DNA of 64,000 nt, from the NCBI GenBank assembly GCA_004431415.1, contig QPMI01000625.1:1-64000 (forward strand). The letters are read 5' to 3'. The translations under genes were made by a program, and so were the position numbers. Under the pieces are notes generated by a model. It did no database searches. It was not told the DNA's origin and was given only the letters and a program-made list of their open reading frames with translations. This DNA comes from Cyanophora paradoxa CCMP329 (lineage: Eukaryota; Plantae; Glaucophyta). The stretch's first letter is position 1, and each line of letters starts with the position of its first letter. Of this stretch, positions 35,501 through 49,538 are shown piece after piece.

Positions 35501-36815
35501 CGTCCACCCCCGTCGCCGTCGCGAAGTCGCTGTTGAAGAGCACCTCCGGGCCCTGCGCGGCCTCAGGGCGGGGCGGGGCGGGGCGGGGCGGGGCGGGGCG
35601 GGGCGGACGGAGGCGATGGCGGCGCGGGCGGCGGCGGCGACGGCGGCGTCGTACTCGGGGCGGTCTGCGTACTCCTCGGGGAGCGCGAGGGCGAGCACCT
35701 CGCAGGCCGCCTGCACGCACGCCACCTCCACCCCCTTCCGGAAGCCCTGCGCGCCCCGCCTCGCCCCGCTCGCCCCCTTGCTGACGCCGGGGGCGGCGCG
35801 GGCGGTAGGAGGGGGATGGGGAGGGGGGCAGGGGGGGAGGGGGGGGAGGGGGGAGCGGGGCGGGGCGCGCGGTCTGGACGGCGAGCATGGCGGGGTCGGG
35901 GGCCTCGTAGCCGAGCATGCCGATGCGGGAGACGCCCATCGAGGCGGCGAGCACCTGCCGCACCCTCGCCCCCCGGGCCACGCGAGGGCGGGGGAAGGCC
36001 TGCGCGCGCCCCCGCGAGGAACCCGAGCTCGTCGAGGCGGTAGGCGAGGCACTCGAGGTTCGCCGCCTGCGCCCCTGCCTCCGGGCACGCATTCTGCAAG
36101 ATGCTGACGTTCATAGCCGGCGTCGCCCGCGCAAATTCGTTCACCGCCCCGATAAACTCCCTGCTGCAGAGGTCAGCAGCTGCAGGATCAGGACGTCGAC
36201 GGCGGCCCCTCCCCGTCGGCCGCGAGCAGTTCCCCGCCGCCGCCGCCACCGCGCCCCTCTTCCCGCCCCTCGTCTAGGCCTATTCCAAACCGCAGCTAGC
36301 CTAGGCCTAGTCCTATCCCCCGTCCAACCTATCCCTCCCCTGCCCTTCCCATCCGGCACCCGTATCGCGCACGGGTGGTTTGCCCAGACGAAGATGCGGG
36401 AGACACCGCTGGCTGTCAGCCGCTGCGCCGCGGCTGCGAGCGCGGATCAGCGAGTTGCACTCGAGCCCGCAAAGCGAGCACCTAGGATAGAGGTGTAGTC
36501 ATCGTTGTCTGGAGTTTCGACCCGTACGGGCTGCTGAATGGCCGAAACCAAGAAAGACTGATGAACGTAGCTTAGCTGCGGTGTGCAGCTTAGCTACGTA
36601 GACAGGGCGCGCACCAATTCGTATTCCTGCTCAGATGTGAATATGATGCGATCGTGCACGCACTACAGCGCTCGCGCTGTACGCACTTCATAAAAGGGCT
36701 CGTGAAGAAGACCGACTGTGGTGGTGGCCACCGTTGACCCTGCGGAGCTTCCGCAGACCAGCGCCACAACCATCACCAGCGCCAGCGCCAGCGCGCTCCC
36801 GCGCGTGGCCTGCAT
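32525..36815 (-). CDS. Signal peptide + two Bmp (basic membrane protein / PrnA-like substrate-binding) domains + TM + Pro-rich tail
   Basis: MQATRGSALALALVMVVALVCGSSA signal peptide. Domain 1: ELGFLAG|VLAA...GFRKGV...VIESGIDE...LLASVIIRYD. Domain 2: FADGEVGFLAGVLAG...FARGV...ADVVFGCAGSAG...WVIGVDADE...LLSSALKRTETAV. TM: LSGGTIFGILLCVLFA|VYW. Confidence 0.8.
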
Positions 36816-36928
36816 TCTGTGCCTTCGACGGCTGCGCCGATTCCGAGGGTACCGGAGCGGCTAATTTTCCGAAGCCCCACGCACTTTACAGCAGCGCTGC
36901 GATTCATGTATCGAGCGGCTCCTGCGTG

Positions 36929-38897
36929 ATGCTTCTGACGGTCAACTGCGCGGACCGGCGCTTCCGGGTGAAGGTGGAGCCGTCGGAGAGCATCGCGCAG
37001 CTAAAGGTGCTGGTGCAGGCGGCGCTGTACGAGCTCTCTCTCTCCGAGTGCAGGGACGAGGTCTTCGCACTCGAGGATTCCGAGCGCCGCGGCCTGCCGT
37101 CCGCGCTCGCTGCTGGCGACGTGCTCGTGGATGGCGACGTCATTTTTGCAGTCCTCCGCGCGTGGACCGCGGCCAAGGAGGTGGGCGCGGCTCCTGGAGA
37201 GGCGGGCGGAGAAGAGGGCGGGGCGACGCTGCGGGCGAGCGTGGCGCCGGGGGCGGATGGGATCGCGCGCCTGAGGGCACTCTGGGCGGCCCTCGAGGCG
37301 GCCACGGCGCGCGAGCTGCTGGCGGCCTGCGTGACCGAGGAGGGCGCGAGCCGTGTGGCGGGGGACGGCGAGGCGCTGCGGCTGCTCGGCGCGTGCGCGG
37401 AGAGCGGCGATGCGCCCGTCCGCCTCGCTGCCACGCGCGCCTACCGCGCCCTTGCCGAGGCCGGTCCGCCCCCGCCGCCGGCGCGCCCCACCGGCCCACC
37501 GCCCCCGCAGACGCCGTCGCGCTGCTCCGCTCCGGCGCGGGGCGCGCCGCCCTCGGCCTCGCGCGGCAGCTCGCCGGCGACGCCGAGGAGGATGCGGCAG
37601 CGCTCTGCGCGGCGCTGGCCGGCGCGGCGGAGGGGGCGGCGCTCGTCGTGCAGGAGGGGCTCTGCGGACCGGTCGTCGCCTGGCTGCGCCGCGGCGGCCC
37701 TGCGCGGCCCCGCGCGCTCCGCGCCCTCTCCGCGATCGCCGCCTCCCGTGCGCGCCTCTGCAGCCGCACGCGCCTCCCCGAGAGCGGCGGCGCAGGTGGC
37801 GGGCGGGAAGCGCTGCTGCGGGCCGGCGCCGCCGGCGCCCTCCTCGCCCTTTTCCAGGTGGGAGTCCTGCCGGCCCTCCCCGAGGCGCCGTCGAGCGGGC
37901 CGCAGGAGGAGGCGGAGGAGGCGGTGCGGGGCGCCGGGGGCCGGCCGGTGGCGGGCGGGGCGGGGCTTGGGCCGGAGGGTGCCCTGGAGGCCCTCGTGCA
38001 CCTCTCCGGCAGCCATGCGAAGGCGCAAGGGTCCCCAGAGGGCGCCGCCGTGCGGCTCGCCCCGCCCCGCCGCCCTTGCCGCCAAGCGCGACGAGGCCGG
38101 CGGCGCAGGCGGCCTCCGGGCAGACGCCAGCGGCGGGGGTGGAGGAGCTGGTGCGGACGTGGGCGGCGCTGGCGCGGCTCGAGGGGGAGCCGGCGGTGCA
38201 GGCTCTCGCGGCCGGCGAGCTGCAGGCGGCGGCGCGCGAGGCGGGGCCCCGCGCGAGGCAGTCGCGAGGCACGCGATCCGGCCCCTCCTCCGCCTCCTCG
38301 AGGCCCCCGAGCCGGCCGCCACCGTGCGCCCCCCGCCCGGCGCCCAAGCGCCGCCCCGCCCGAGCGGCCCGCAGGCGGCCGCGGCGGCGATCGCGCAGGT
38401 TGCCCTCTCCGAGTACGGCAAGCGGAGCGCCGTGCGCGGGGCCGGGGTCCGGGCGGCCCTGGGAGCCGGCCGAGGGCGCGCGCAGATGGAGGCCGGCGCG
38501 GGCAGCGCGCTGGCTGGGGCGCTGCTGGCGCCCCGCGGCCTCGCCTTCCAGCAGGTCGCGGCGGCCGCCGCCGTGCGGACCGCGCCCTGCCTCACGCCCC
38601 GCAGGAGGCGCTGCGGGCCCTCGCCAACCTCGCCGCCCTCGAGGAGGCCCGCCTCCAGCTACGCCGCGAGCGGCGCGCCCTCCTGGCCCCGCCACTCGCG
38701 CCCGTCACGGCCCGCGCAGGCTGCTGCAGGCGCTGCTGGGGTCGGGCAACGCCCTCCACCGCGGCGACGCGCAGGTGGACGCGTACCTCTCCCTCGTGCG
38801 CTGCGCCCATGGTTGCGCGCTCGCGCGGCTCGCCTCGCGCCTCGGCTGACGCGCCCTCGTCGACGCTCAGCTGAGGCGCGCCCTCCAGTCGAGCTGA
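36929..38897 (+). CDS. N-terminal ubiquitin-like domain + ARM/HEAT repeats
   Basis: MLLTVNCADRRFRVKVEPSESIAQLKVLVQ...DVLVDGDVIFAV (beta-grasp-like), then ARM-like repeats (GALEALVHL, AIRPLLRLL, AAAAIAQVAL, ALRALANLA). Confidence 0.65.
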
Positions 38898-39139
38898 TCA
38901 CGAGGCCGGCGCGGCTGACCGAGGCGAACTGCACTAGTAAGGGTCGCTTCGGCCCGTCCCTTCCTCAATTCGTCTTCTTAATAAGTACAGCCCTGTTCGC
39001 TTCGAAAAGGGGCCCTGGTCTGTTTTGCCCACCGGTAGTCTCTTTCCGCAATCCCATAGAATTCGGGGTCCATCGATGCAACGTGCCGAGAAACAAAAGC
39101 GGGGGGGGGTTTGCAGGGAAGAGGGCGCGCGGCGGAGGC

Positions 39140-42100
39140 TCAGGGCTCGGGGGCGATGTAGAGCTCGTCGAGGGCGGGAGAGGCGCGCAGGCGCAGGCCG
39201 CGCTCGTTGGCGAGGTGGAGCAGGCACGCGAAGAGGACGCCGGGCGCGAGGCGCCCCTGCGCGGCGTCCTCCCGCAGCTCCCCCGCCAGCCGCCGCACCG
39301 TCCCCTGGAAGGAGCAGCCCTCCTCCCCCTGCAGCTCCTGCGCCGCCTTTCGGCGGGGGCCCCGGCGGGGGCGTGCGGGGCGGGCGTGCCTGGTCGACGA
39401 TGGACCACATGGAGGTCTTGAGGCGGCGGACGTCGATGACGAGCGGGAGGCGCGCATAGGCGACCCGCACGCGCTCCGCCCGGCGCGGGGCGGCGACGAG
39501 CACCAGGCCCTCGTCCGCGCCGGCGCCCTCGGCGGGGCCCTTGCCGAAGCCCCCGAGGTCGCCGAAGTCGGGCCCGAAGCCGAGCCCGCCGTCCCCGTCC
39601 TCGCCATCCTCGGCGCCGCCGCCGGGCCCCTCCTCGCCCTCCCCGGCCCCCGCCTCCCCGGGGTGCGCGCGGCGGCCTTCCTCGAAGGCCGCCACCAGCT
39701 CCGCGCACTCCAGCCGCTCCTCCGGCACCCTGCAAGGCCCTCGCGCCCCGCCCGCACCGCCCCGCCCCGCGCCCCCGCCGCGCCGCACCACTGCGACTCG
39801 TGCAACGGGTAGTTGAACCATTTCAGCAAGTACTCCACTCGCCCCTGCGCGGGCCTCAGGCGCGCCGCGGGGCCGGGAGGAGGGGCGGCGCCTTGCGCTC
39901 GCGGGAGGCGAGGATGGCCTCCACTTCGTACTGGTTCTCGCCCACGAGCTCCGCCCCCCGCTCGCCGCGCAGGAACGTCGCCCCCAGGCTCCCCGCGGAG
40001 TACGCCTGCCGCTCTACGGAGGGGGTCAGGGGGGGCGGAGCGCCGGCGCGGCCCCTGGCGGCGCGCTTTTGCGGAGGACCGTCGCGTGGCTCGAGGAGGG
40101 TCCCGCCCGCCTGGAATGCCGCGTCGGGTGCGTCGGAGGTGGGGCGGGGCGGGGCGGGGCGGACGGGGCGGGGCGGCGGGGCTGGCGCGCGGCGAGGGCG
40201 AGCAGGGCGGGGGCGGGCCCTTCCCCCGCGAAGTCCACGCGAAGAGCGCCCCGCCGCGCCCGCTTCGGCCGCTCCTTCGCCGGCGTCTCCCCTGCGCGCC
40301 GTCAGCCACCGGCGGGCCAAGGCGGGGCGGGCGGCGCTGGCCTGTGTGGGCCGCGAGAGGGAACTTCCAGAAAGGGTTGTGCTGCCTGAAGGTGCGTCGC
40401 AGCTCGAGCGGGAGCGCCTCCACCGCCGCGGGGCCCGGCCCGCGCGCCCCCGCCTCATCGTCCGAGCCCGCGCCGCCCGGGCCGTCGGCGTCGGCGTCGG
40501 CCTCGGGCGGGGGCGGGGCGTCGAAGTCGGGCAAAGGCCCCGCGCCGAAGTCGTCCAGGGGCTCCCCCTCGGGGTCGAAGAAGGCCTCGCCCCCCGCCGG
40601 CCCCCCGCCGGCACCTTCCCCCAAGCCCGCCCCGGGGGGAAGCGAGGGCGAGCGCGGCGCCAGTTCGACTGGCGGGCGCGGCGCCGGCTCCTCTTCGTCG
40701 TCATCGTCGGTGGCGGGGTCGAAGCGGCCGTCCCAAGGCTCCTCCTCGCGCAGCGCTTCGAGGCCGGCCGCCTCGAAGAGCTCGCCCGGCGTCGCCGGCC
40801 ACAGGCCCCACCCCAGCGCCCCCGCGGGGAGCAGCACTGCAAACCCGCCTGAGGTCGCGCGGGGCGCACGGGAGGGGACGGGGCCGAACCGCGTAGGGGG
40901 ACGAGGTCGAGGGCCGGGGCGGGGCCGGCGGGGCCGGCGGCCACGTGCGGCGCCTCTGCCGAGTCGAGGCAGAGCTGCCCGTCGCTGCGCACGCCGAGAG
41001 AGCACAGCAGCATCCCTTTTGCCCCGCCCTCGTCGAACTGCGCGCCCTGGCCTTCACGATCCAAGTCCAGGGCGCGCGGGGCGGGGCGGGGCGGGCCTTG
41101 GCGGCGGCGACGGAGAAAAGCGGGTCGGGGACGGCGGCGGCGCGCTCGGCGCCTTCCATCCCGATCTTCTCCTCCTCGCCCTCCTCCACCAAGAACGCCT
41201 GCCCGCCCCCACGTTAGCCCGCTAGACCGCCGCATTCCGCCCCCGCGCACCCGCTCCGCCTGCCGCGCCCGCCGGCGCTCGGCGGCGTTGCCCGCGGAAG
41301 CGCCGGGGCCGTCCAGGGCCTGGGACTGGCGGGGCTGGGCCTGGCCCTCGGCGGCGGCGACGAGCTGCGTGAGGCCAGACTGCGTGCGAAGGATCCAGGA
41401 GTGGAAGACGTCCACCCGCACACTGAGCCGCTGTCGGCGAGGGTGCAGGCAGGGGCGCGGGGCAGCGCCGCGCACCTGTAAATCCTCGCGCAGGCGTCGA
41501 CCACGACGCCGGCCACGGCGAAGTCCACCGTCACGCTCCCGTCCGCCGCCGTCACCGCGAGGGGCGTCACCTGCGCCTCCTCGAGCCGCCGGCGGTCGAC
41601 CCGGCCCCGCGCCAGCGCCTCGACGTGCTCCGTCAGTTGCAGCTGCCAGCAGTTCCGATCCGAAATCCGCTGCGCGGTGCGTCACGGGCCCGGCGGGCGG
41701 CCGACGGGCGGGGCGGCGCACGTTGTCGGCCGCGGCCTTCATCGTCACTATGAAGGCCATCGCGGCGTCAACGCCTGCGGTCAGCGAGCCCTGCAATGCC
41801 CTCGGTGAGGTGGGGAGCCGCAGCCCGGCCGCCGCACGGCGCGCACCTGCGGCCCGCGCCGTGGCTGCTGCTGCTGGGCTGCCCGTAGGACAAGGGCAAC
41901 GGAGGCCGGGGCGGCCTGCGTCCCGAGCCGTTCCTCGGCGTCTCGATCTTCCGTAGCCGGCTCAAACGCGCCGGAATCCGCCGCGACGATCCTCCGCCGC
42001 TCCGCCGGGCGCTGGGGCGAAGCGAGCATTTCCATTCCCGCCGCAGCCCGCTGACGCTTACGGGGCTTTGCGGCTGCGGGGGCCGCGGAGGCTTGGCCGG

Positions 42101-43116
42101 CCTGCGTCGCGAGCGGCGGCTCTTCCTCCACGGCCTCCAGAGAGCGCATCGGGGCCGCGGCGGCGCGGCTCGGGCCCGGCGCGCCGTCCTCGTCGCGCTC
42201 CAGCACCGACAGCTTTAGGGGCTGGGGGCTCACTGCCGCGCGCGCCGCCGCCGCCTTCTTCTTCTCGTGCGCGGCGATTCCTGTTGGCGAGGGCGTCGAG
42301 AGTTGTGCTGCCAGGGGCTTCCGCTTGTGCGCGGGGTCCGCCTGCGACTGAAGGTTCCCGAGAGGGGAGAAGGGGATCCTTGACATTGATGTCCTCGGCG
42401 CCGTCTTTGCGGACGGCTCGCCGAATTCACTCGGATCATTCTCATTACCGCCCACGCTTGGCCGGAGACTGGGGCGAGCTGCCGAGAAGTGAGACACGCT
42501 TGAGACACGCCTCATGGAGGAACAAACCCCTTTGCGTGACAAGAGCATCACGCGCGCGCCCCTGGCCCCTGATGGCCGCCTTGTTTGTGGGGTCCGCATC
42601 GAGAACCTGCCGAGAGAAACTCGTGGGGCTGTACCGCACAAAGTCTTGGCGAGCTGCGGACCTTCTGGTAGTACTTTATAGCTTGGTCGTTGTCACCAAG
42701 ACCGGCGCACACTCGGCCGGCGAGGATCAGCTCCGGGGCGGCTCGGCTATCGTTGACCCAGCCAGACAACTGCGGAGACCTGTATCTGGCCAAGTTTGAA
42801 CGACAGTTGCACTTGGATCAAGCTCTCACGTCACTGTACGCGTCGCAGTAGCGTCCCAGTTTCTCGTACACGACAGCGCGATTGAAGAGGGCTGGGAGTC
42901 CTCTCAGCACATGGCATCGGTCGCTGGAGAAGCGGCCGCGGGCGCACCGATCTTGGAGTTGGGATCGAGTGCGAGCGCTGCTGAAAAGTGCTCTATCGCC
43001 GCTAGCAAGTCTCCTGACTTGAATGCTGCCAATCCGCGGTTTCCAGCATCGGCGACCTGCCCGCGTTGCTCACGCCCGCCTGCAGCACGGATGGCTGCAT
43101 GCACAGCCGCGGCCAT
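39140..43116 (-). CDS. NCAPH: Condensin I kleisin (CAP-H/Barren/Cnd2) with an internal chromodomain and a probable N-terminal TPR module
   Basis: Kleisin N: AADN|RISDRNCWQL...DFAVAGVVVDACARIY|SVRVD. Middle: DPLFSVAAAK|FDEGGAKGMLL. C-terminal: VAYARLPLVIDVRRLKTSMW...FACLLHLANERGLRL. Chromodomain at 39678-39930; TPR exons at 42528-43116. Confidence 0.88.
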
Positions 43117-43662
43117 AGGATGCCGCGGCTCTGAATCGATGTTCTGGTTGCTAGCTGGTTTACGCCGCGGCCGGCGCGGCGCAGCGAGGGTGCACGCAGG
43201 CCGTTGTTTTCAAACCTGACAAGGAACGAGGGGTAGTGTATTTTAGACTCATAGGCGTCGACGCGGACTCGGACCGGACGTCGACGTCGATCGCGAGCTC
43301 GTCTACAGCTATACTAGTACTATATATATATATATGATATCGCTAACGTTAACCATGCCGATGGACTCCGGACCGTGGCATGATATCGATCACGGGCGGT
43401 TTTGCGCCAGCAGATCTGAGTTATCAATGGAATGTCAGAGTTAGAGCCAGTATCGATCGACGTCGACGTATGCGCATGCATGCATGCGAATGCATAAGCC
43501 TCAAGCTCGAGGGTATAGGGGCTCCCCCCCCAAAACGCGCCCCATGCCAGGCTCGCATGTGCACACGCGTGTAAGGGTGCTCAACGTTCTCTAAAGCATT
43601 GATCGGCCATTAAAAGCCTCAACCTGTAACTCAATCAAAATATAGGAGCCGAGCACTGGATG

Positions 43663-46385
<2,723 letters not shown>

Positions 46386-46658
46386 GGCGTCGGGAGGGCG
46401 ACTGATCTACCCGCCTGCAGAACACGCTTTCACTCGGGCTAATCTGCTGTTCGAACCGGCGCTCCCGGCGCTCGCCGAACCGAGAGGGCGCGCGGTGAGA
46501 ACCCGGACAGAGTCGCGAACAAAGTGATTATCGTACCCCTTCGAGCAGTAATACACAATATAGATGTCAGCCAGGATCGTGTAGATTCCCACATGTACAT
46601 GTACACTACTACTACAGCTAGTATACGTACTTGTAGTAAGTACGTTTTCGTGTAAGTA

Positions 46659-49414
46659 CGTGTCCAAATGCGCGGATGTACCTTGACCGCAAGGCCCGCG
46701 GCCCCCTAGGCCTTGCAAATTAAAGCATAACCCGTGGCAACCCCCCCTTGATGCTAACCTTGAGCGCCTCGCGATCGCCACCTTGCAAGCTAATTATAAG
46801 CTTAAGATCCTCCCATACCAAATTTTCACCATACAAATCGAGCTGTGACGTTCTGAAAGCTGTTTTCCACCAATATACTGCATACGTATACGTATACGTA
46901 TACGCATACGTATATATACTGCCGACGATCGCGAGGGGGGCCGGGCCGGGGCTACCATGCATGCCGCTCCCATACAAAAATTTTGTATATATATATATGG
47001 CAGCAGCTTAAGCTTGCGCCTTATATTAAGCTTGCCTTGAGCACCTTGCCACCTTGGCAAGCTTAGCTTAAATACCCGAAAGTGCGCATGCACCTCAGGG
47101 CCTTGAACTTCGGAACGCAAGCTGCTTCGCCGAGTCGGAATTCCTTGCAAAGCAGACCGTCGCGATCGGACGGTCATGAAGCGCATGCATATGCTGGTCA
47201 TGATTTTATGCGCAGCATGGCATATATAGCAGGATCACTGAGTCAGGACGTCGACGCACTGCGCATGCGGCACACTAGTACTGTGACTCACTGAGTCAGT
47301 GACATGTGCTACGCGATCATCGGATTGTAGATAATGTTTTTGGCAGATTTAGACGTACACGTTCGTTTGAATTCGTGTCCAAATGCCCGGCCGCGGATGC
47401 CATCCGACCCCATTCGGGCCCATTGGCAAGGGGGGGTACGCATCGGCATAGTTTGGAGGGATGGGCCGCTCTCGGTCGAGGTCCCGCAGCCCACGGCGGC
47501 GCTCCCGGAGCCGCAGCCGTGACCGCAGACGGGACGATCGAGACCGGTATGACTACGACCGCCGCGACAGAGATTACGACCGCAGGCGCGACGATTACGA
47601 CCGTAGACGCGACGATTATCGCGACCGGTTCGAAGACTGCGCACCTTCTACTTCTTCCCCTCATGTACATTAGGCGGGACGACCGTGGGCGAGGTGCTGG
47701 CGCGTACGGATCGGCACGCGCGGCGACCTGCAGGTTCGTTTCATCGCTTTTATCGCTCCAGGCACGCCGAAGTCCTCCCGCCGGCCTTGCTGCCGAGCGC
47801 CTTCGGACGGATGGAGAACGCCGCCCATCGCACTCCAGAGCGCCCCGAACGCGGCTGACGCTTTATCCTCTCCAGCCTCTTTGTGGGGAATCTGAGCTAC
47901 AGCTGCAAGGCGGAAGACCTTGAGGATCTCTTCCGCGAATGCGGGAAGCTTCGCTCCGTGTCCATTGGTGCGCGGCTGGCCCTTCTGCGGCATTTATGCA
48001 CATTTTTGAAGTCGTAGCTGCGTGCAGGTATGAACAAGCAGACGGGTGCCAGCAAAGGCTTTGCGTTCGTGGAGTACGAGGTACGTGCTCACTGTGCGGG
48101 CACTGAAACGGAGTGCTGAGAGCCAACTCTTTTTTCTTAACAGGATGTTCGAGATGCTGAGGAAGCAATGCGGAAGTTCAACGGTTACACCTTCGAAAAC
48201 CGGCGCCTGCGTCTGGACTTCGACATCGGCCTCGGCGCAAAGAACTTGGGGCCTGGAAAACGGGGCGGAGGCGGTGGGGATCGCGAAAGGGAACGCGAAC
48301 GTAGCCCCCGGCGAGACCGCAGTCGGAGCCGTGACCGTGGCAGCCCCCGTGGCAGCAAGGACGAGGGCACCAAGGAAGGCGAGGAGAGCCGCAAGCGGGA
48401 ATCTTCCCGGTCTCCAAGCCCCAGCGCCAAGCGCGCCCGCGAGGAAGGCTCCTCGTAGATGCCGGTGTAGCTCACCTTGAGGTCGGTCGTAATTAGGACG
48501 TCCTACTAGCCTATCTATAAAGCTCACCTTGATTCCCGCAAGAGCCTTCACTTTCGTGTCAAAGACGTAGACAGCCAAGGTGCAGTTGGACTCGAGCTCA
48601 CTTTCGTGTCCTGGAAAAAAAGCTTCAACAGCACAGTCGTTGTGAATGAGGACGTCTCGTAATCGTAACTAGGGTTACGATCTGCGATTACGATCGTAAC
48701 TAGGACGTCTTAGCTTTGATCTGCGATTACGATTGGGGCAGCACCACGCTGTGCGGGCACCTGTAGCTCTAGCTAGCTATATGCGCTATAGCCAGAGTGT
48801 CCGCGGGGAGGCGCATTACTCTCCTTAGGGGGCCTCGCAGGGCCCGGCCGGCCAGCTCGCTGGTGGGCTGGGCCCGCGGCCGCGCGGCGGCCGCAGTGTA
48901 CATTCCCACACTTGTAGCCCGGTCGGACGTCGACCTGCGTTTTAGTACGTGTCCAAATGCGTGATGGACTTCGATTCCAGGGACTCATGATCAAGCTCTA
49001 GCTATATAGATCGATATATATCGATATCGGCCGGCACCAGTAACGTCCCGAGTCCTTCATTTTAATTTTTGGTCGGACGGGATTTCGACCACCTGAGCGA
49101 TTTCGGTACAGTTCGCTGTGCCTGCGCCACAGCCTGGCAGGGCATATGTGCATGCATGGTCCTATCGATATCGTTCGGAGCCCGCGGGCAAAGTTTGCTA
49201 TCCACATGCGCAGTGTACAGTTTGCTATGCCACATGCGCAGAGTACATCCCACACCTGTAGCCCGAACGGTGCGATTTAGTTCGTGTCCAAATGCGAGTA
49301 CAACTACATCGTGTTCAATGAAGGGGATGAGAGGAGAGAACATGAGAGGAAATACTGAAGGGGGACTGCAGGGCTGCAGGGCTGGCGCTTCCTCTGGAGT
49401 ACGTGTCCAAATGC
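46659..49414 (+). repeat. Dispersed 13-mer CGTGTCCAAATGC (5 exact copies, same orientation)
   Basis: Copies start at 46659, 47374, 48948, 49283 and 49402. Confidence 0.85.
47461..48458 (+). CDS. SR-type RNA-binding protein (RS/RD - RRM - RS; Tra2-like architecture)
   Basis: MGRSRSRSRSP..., RNP2 SLFVGNL, RNP1 KGFAFVEY, RRLRLDF, C-terminal RS tract. Confidence 0.9.
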
Positions 49415-49538
49415 GAGCTAGTCACAGGTATGAAGAAGACTGAATTGAGATGGGGGACGGGCAGAGGCGAGCGGGGGCGGCAGGGGCAAGAGTGTGGACG
49501 ACTGTTCGAATCACTACCACGCTCTCCTCTATCCAGGA

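Noticed and set aside
32525-36815. Bacterial contamination or a prokaryotic operon (Bmp, PPDK, COG2907)
   Set aside because: All three genes carry many host-style introns and sit among clearly eukaryotic genes.
39678-39930. Chromodomain as a remnant of a chromovirus retrotransposon
   Set aside because: No integrase, RT or LTR nearby. The domain is split by two spliceosomal introns and is in frame with kleisin exons. An ancient TE origin cannot be excluded.
46720-47294. Short ORFs such as YTYAYTYTYTYAVY in spacers
   Set aside because: Translations of palindromic TATACG-type low-complexity DNA, with no splice or codon signal.
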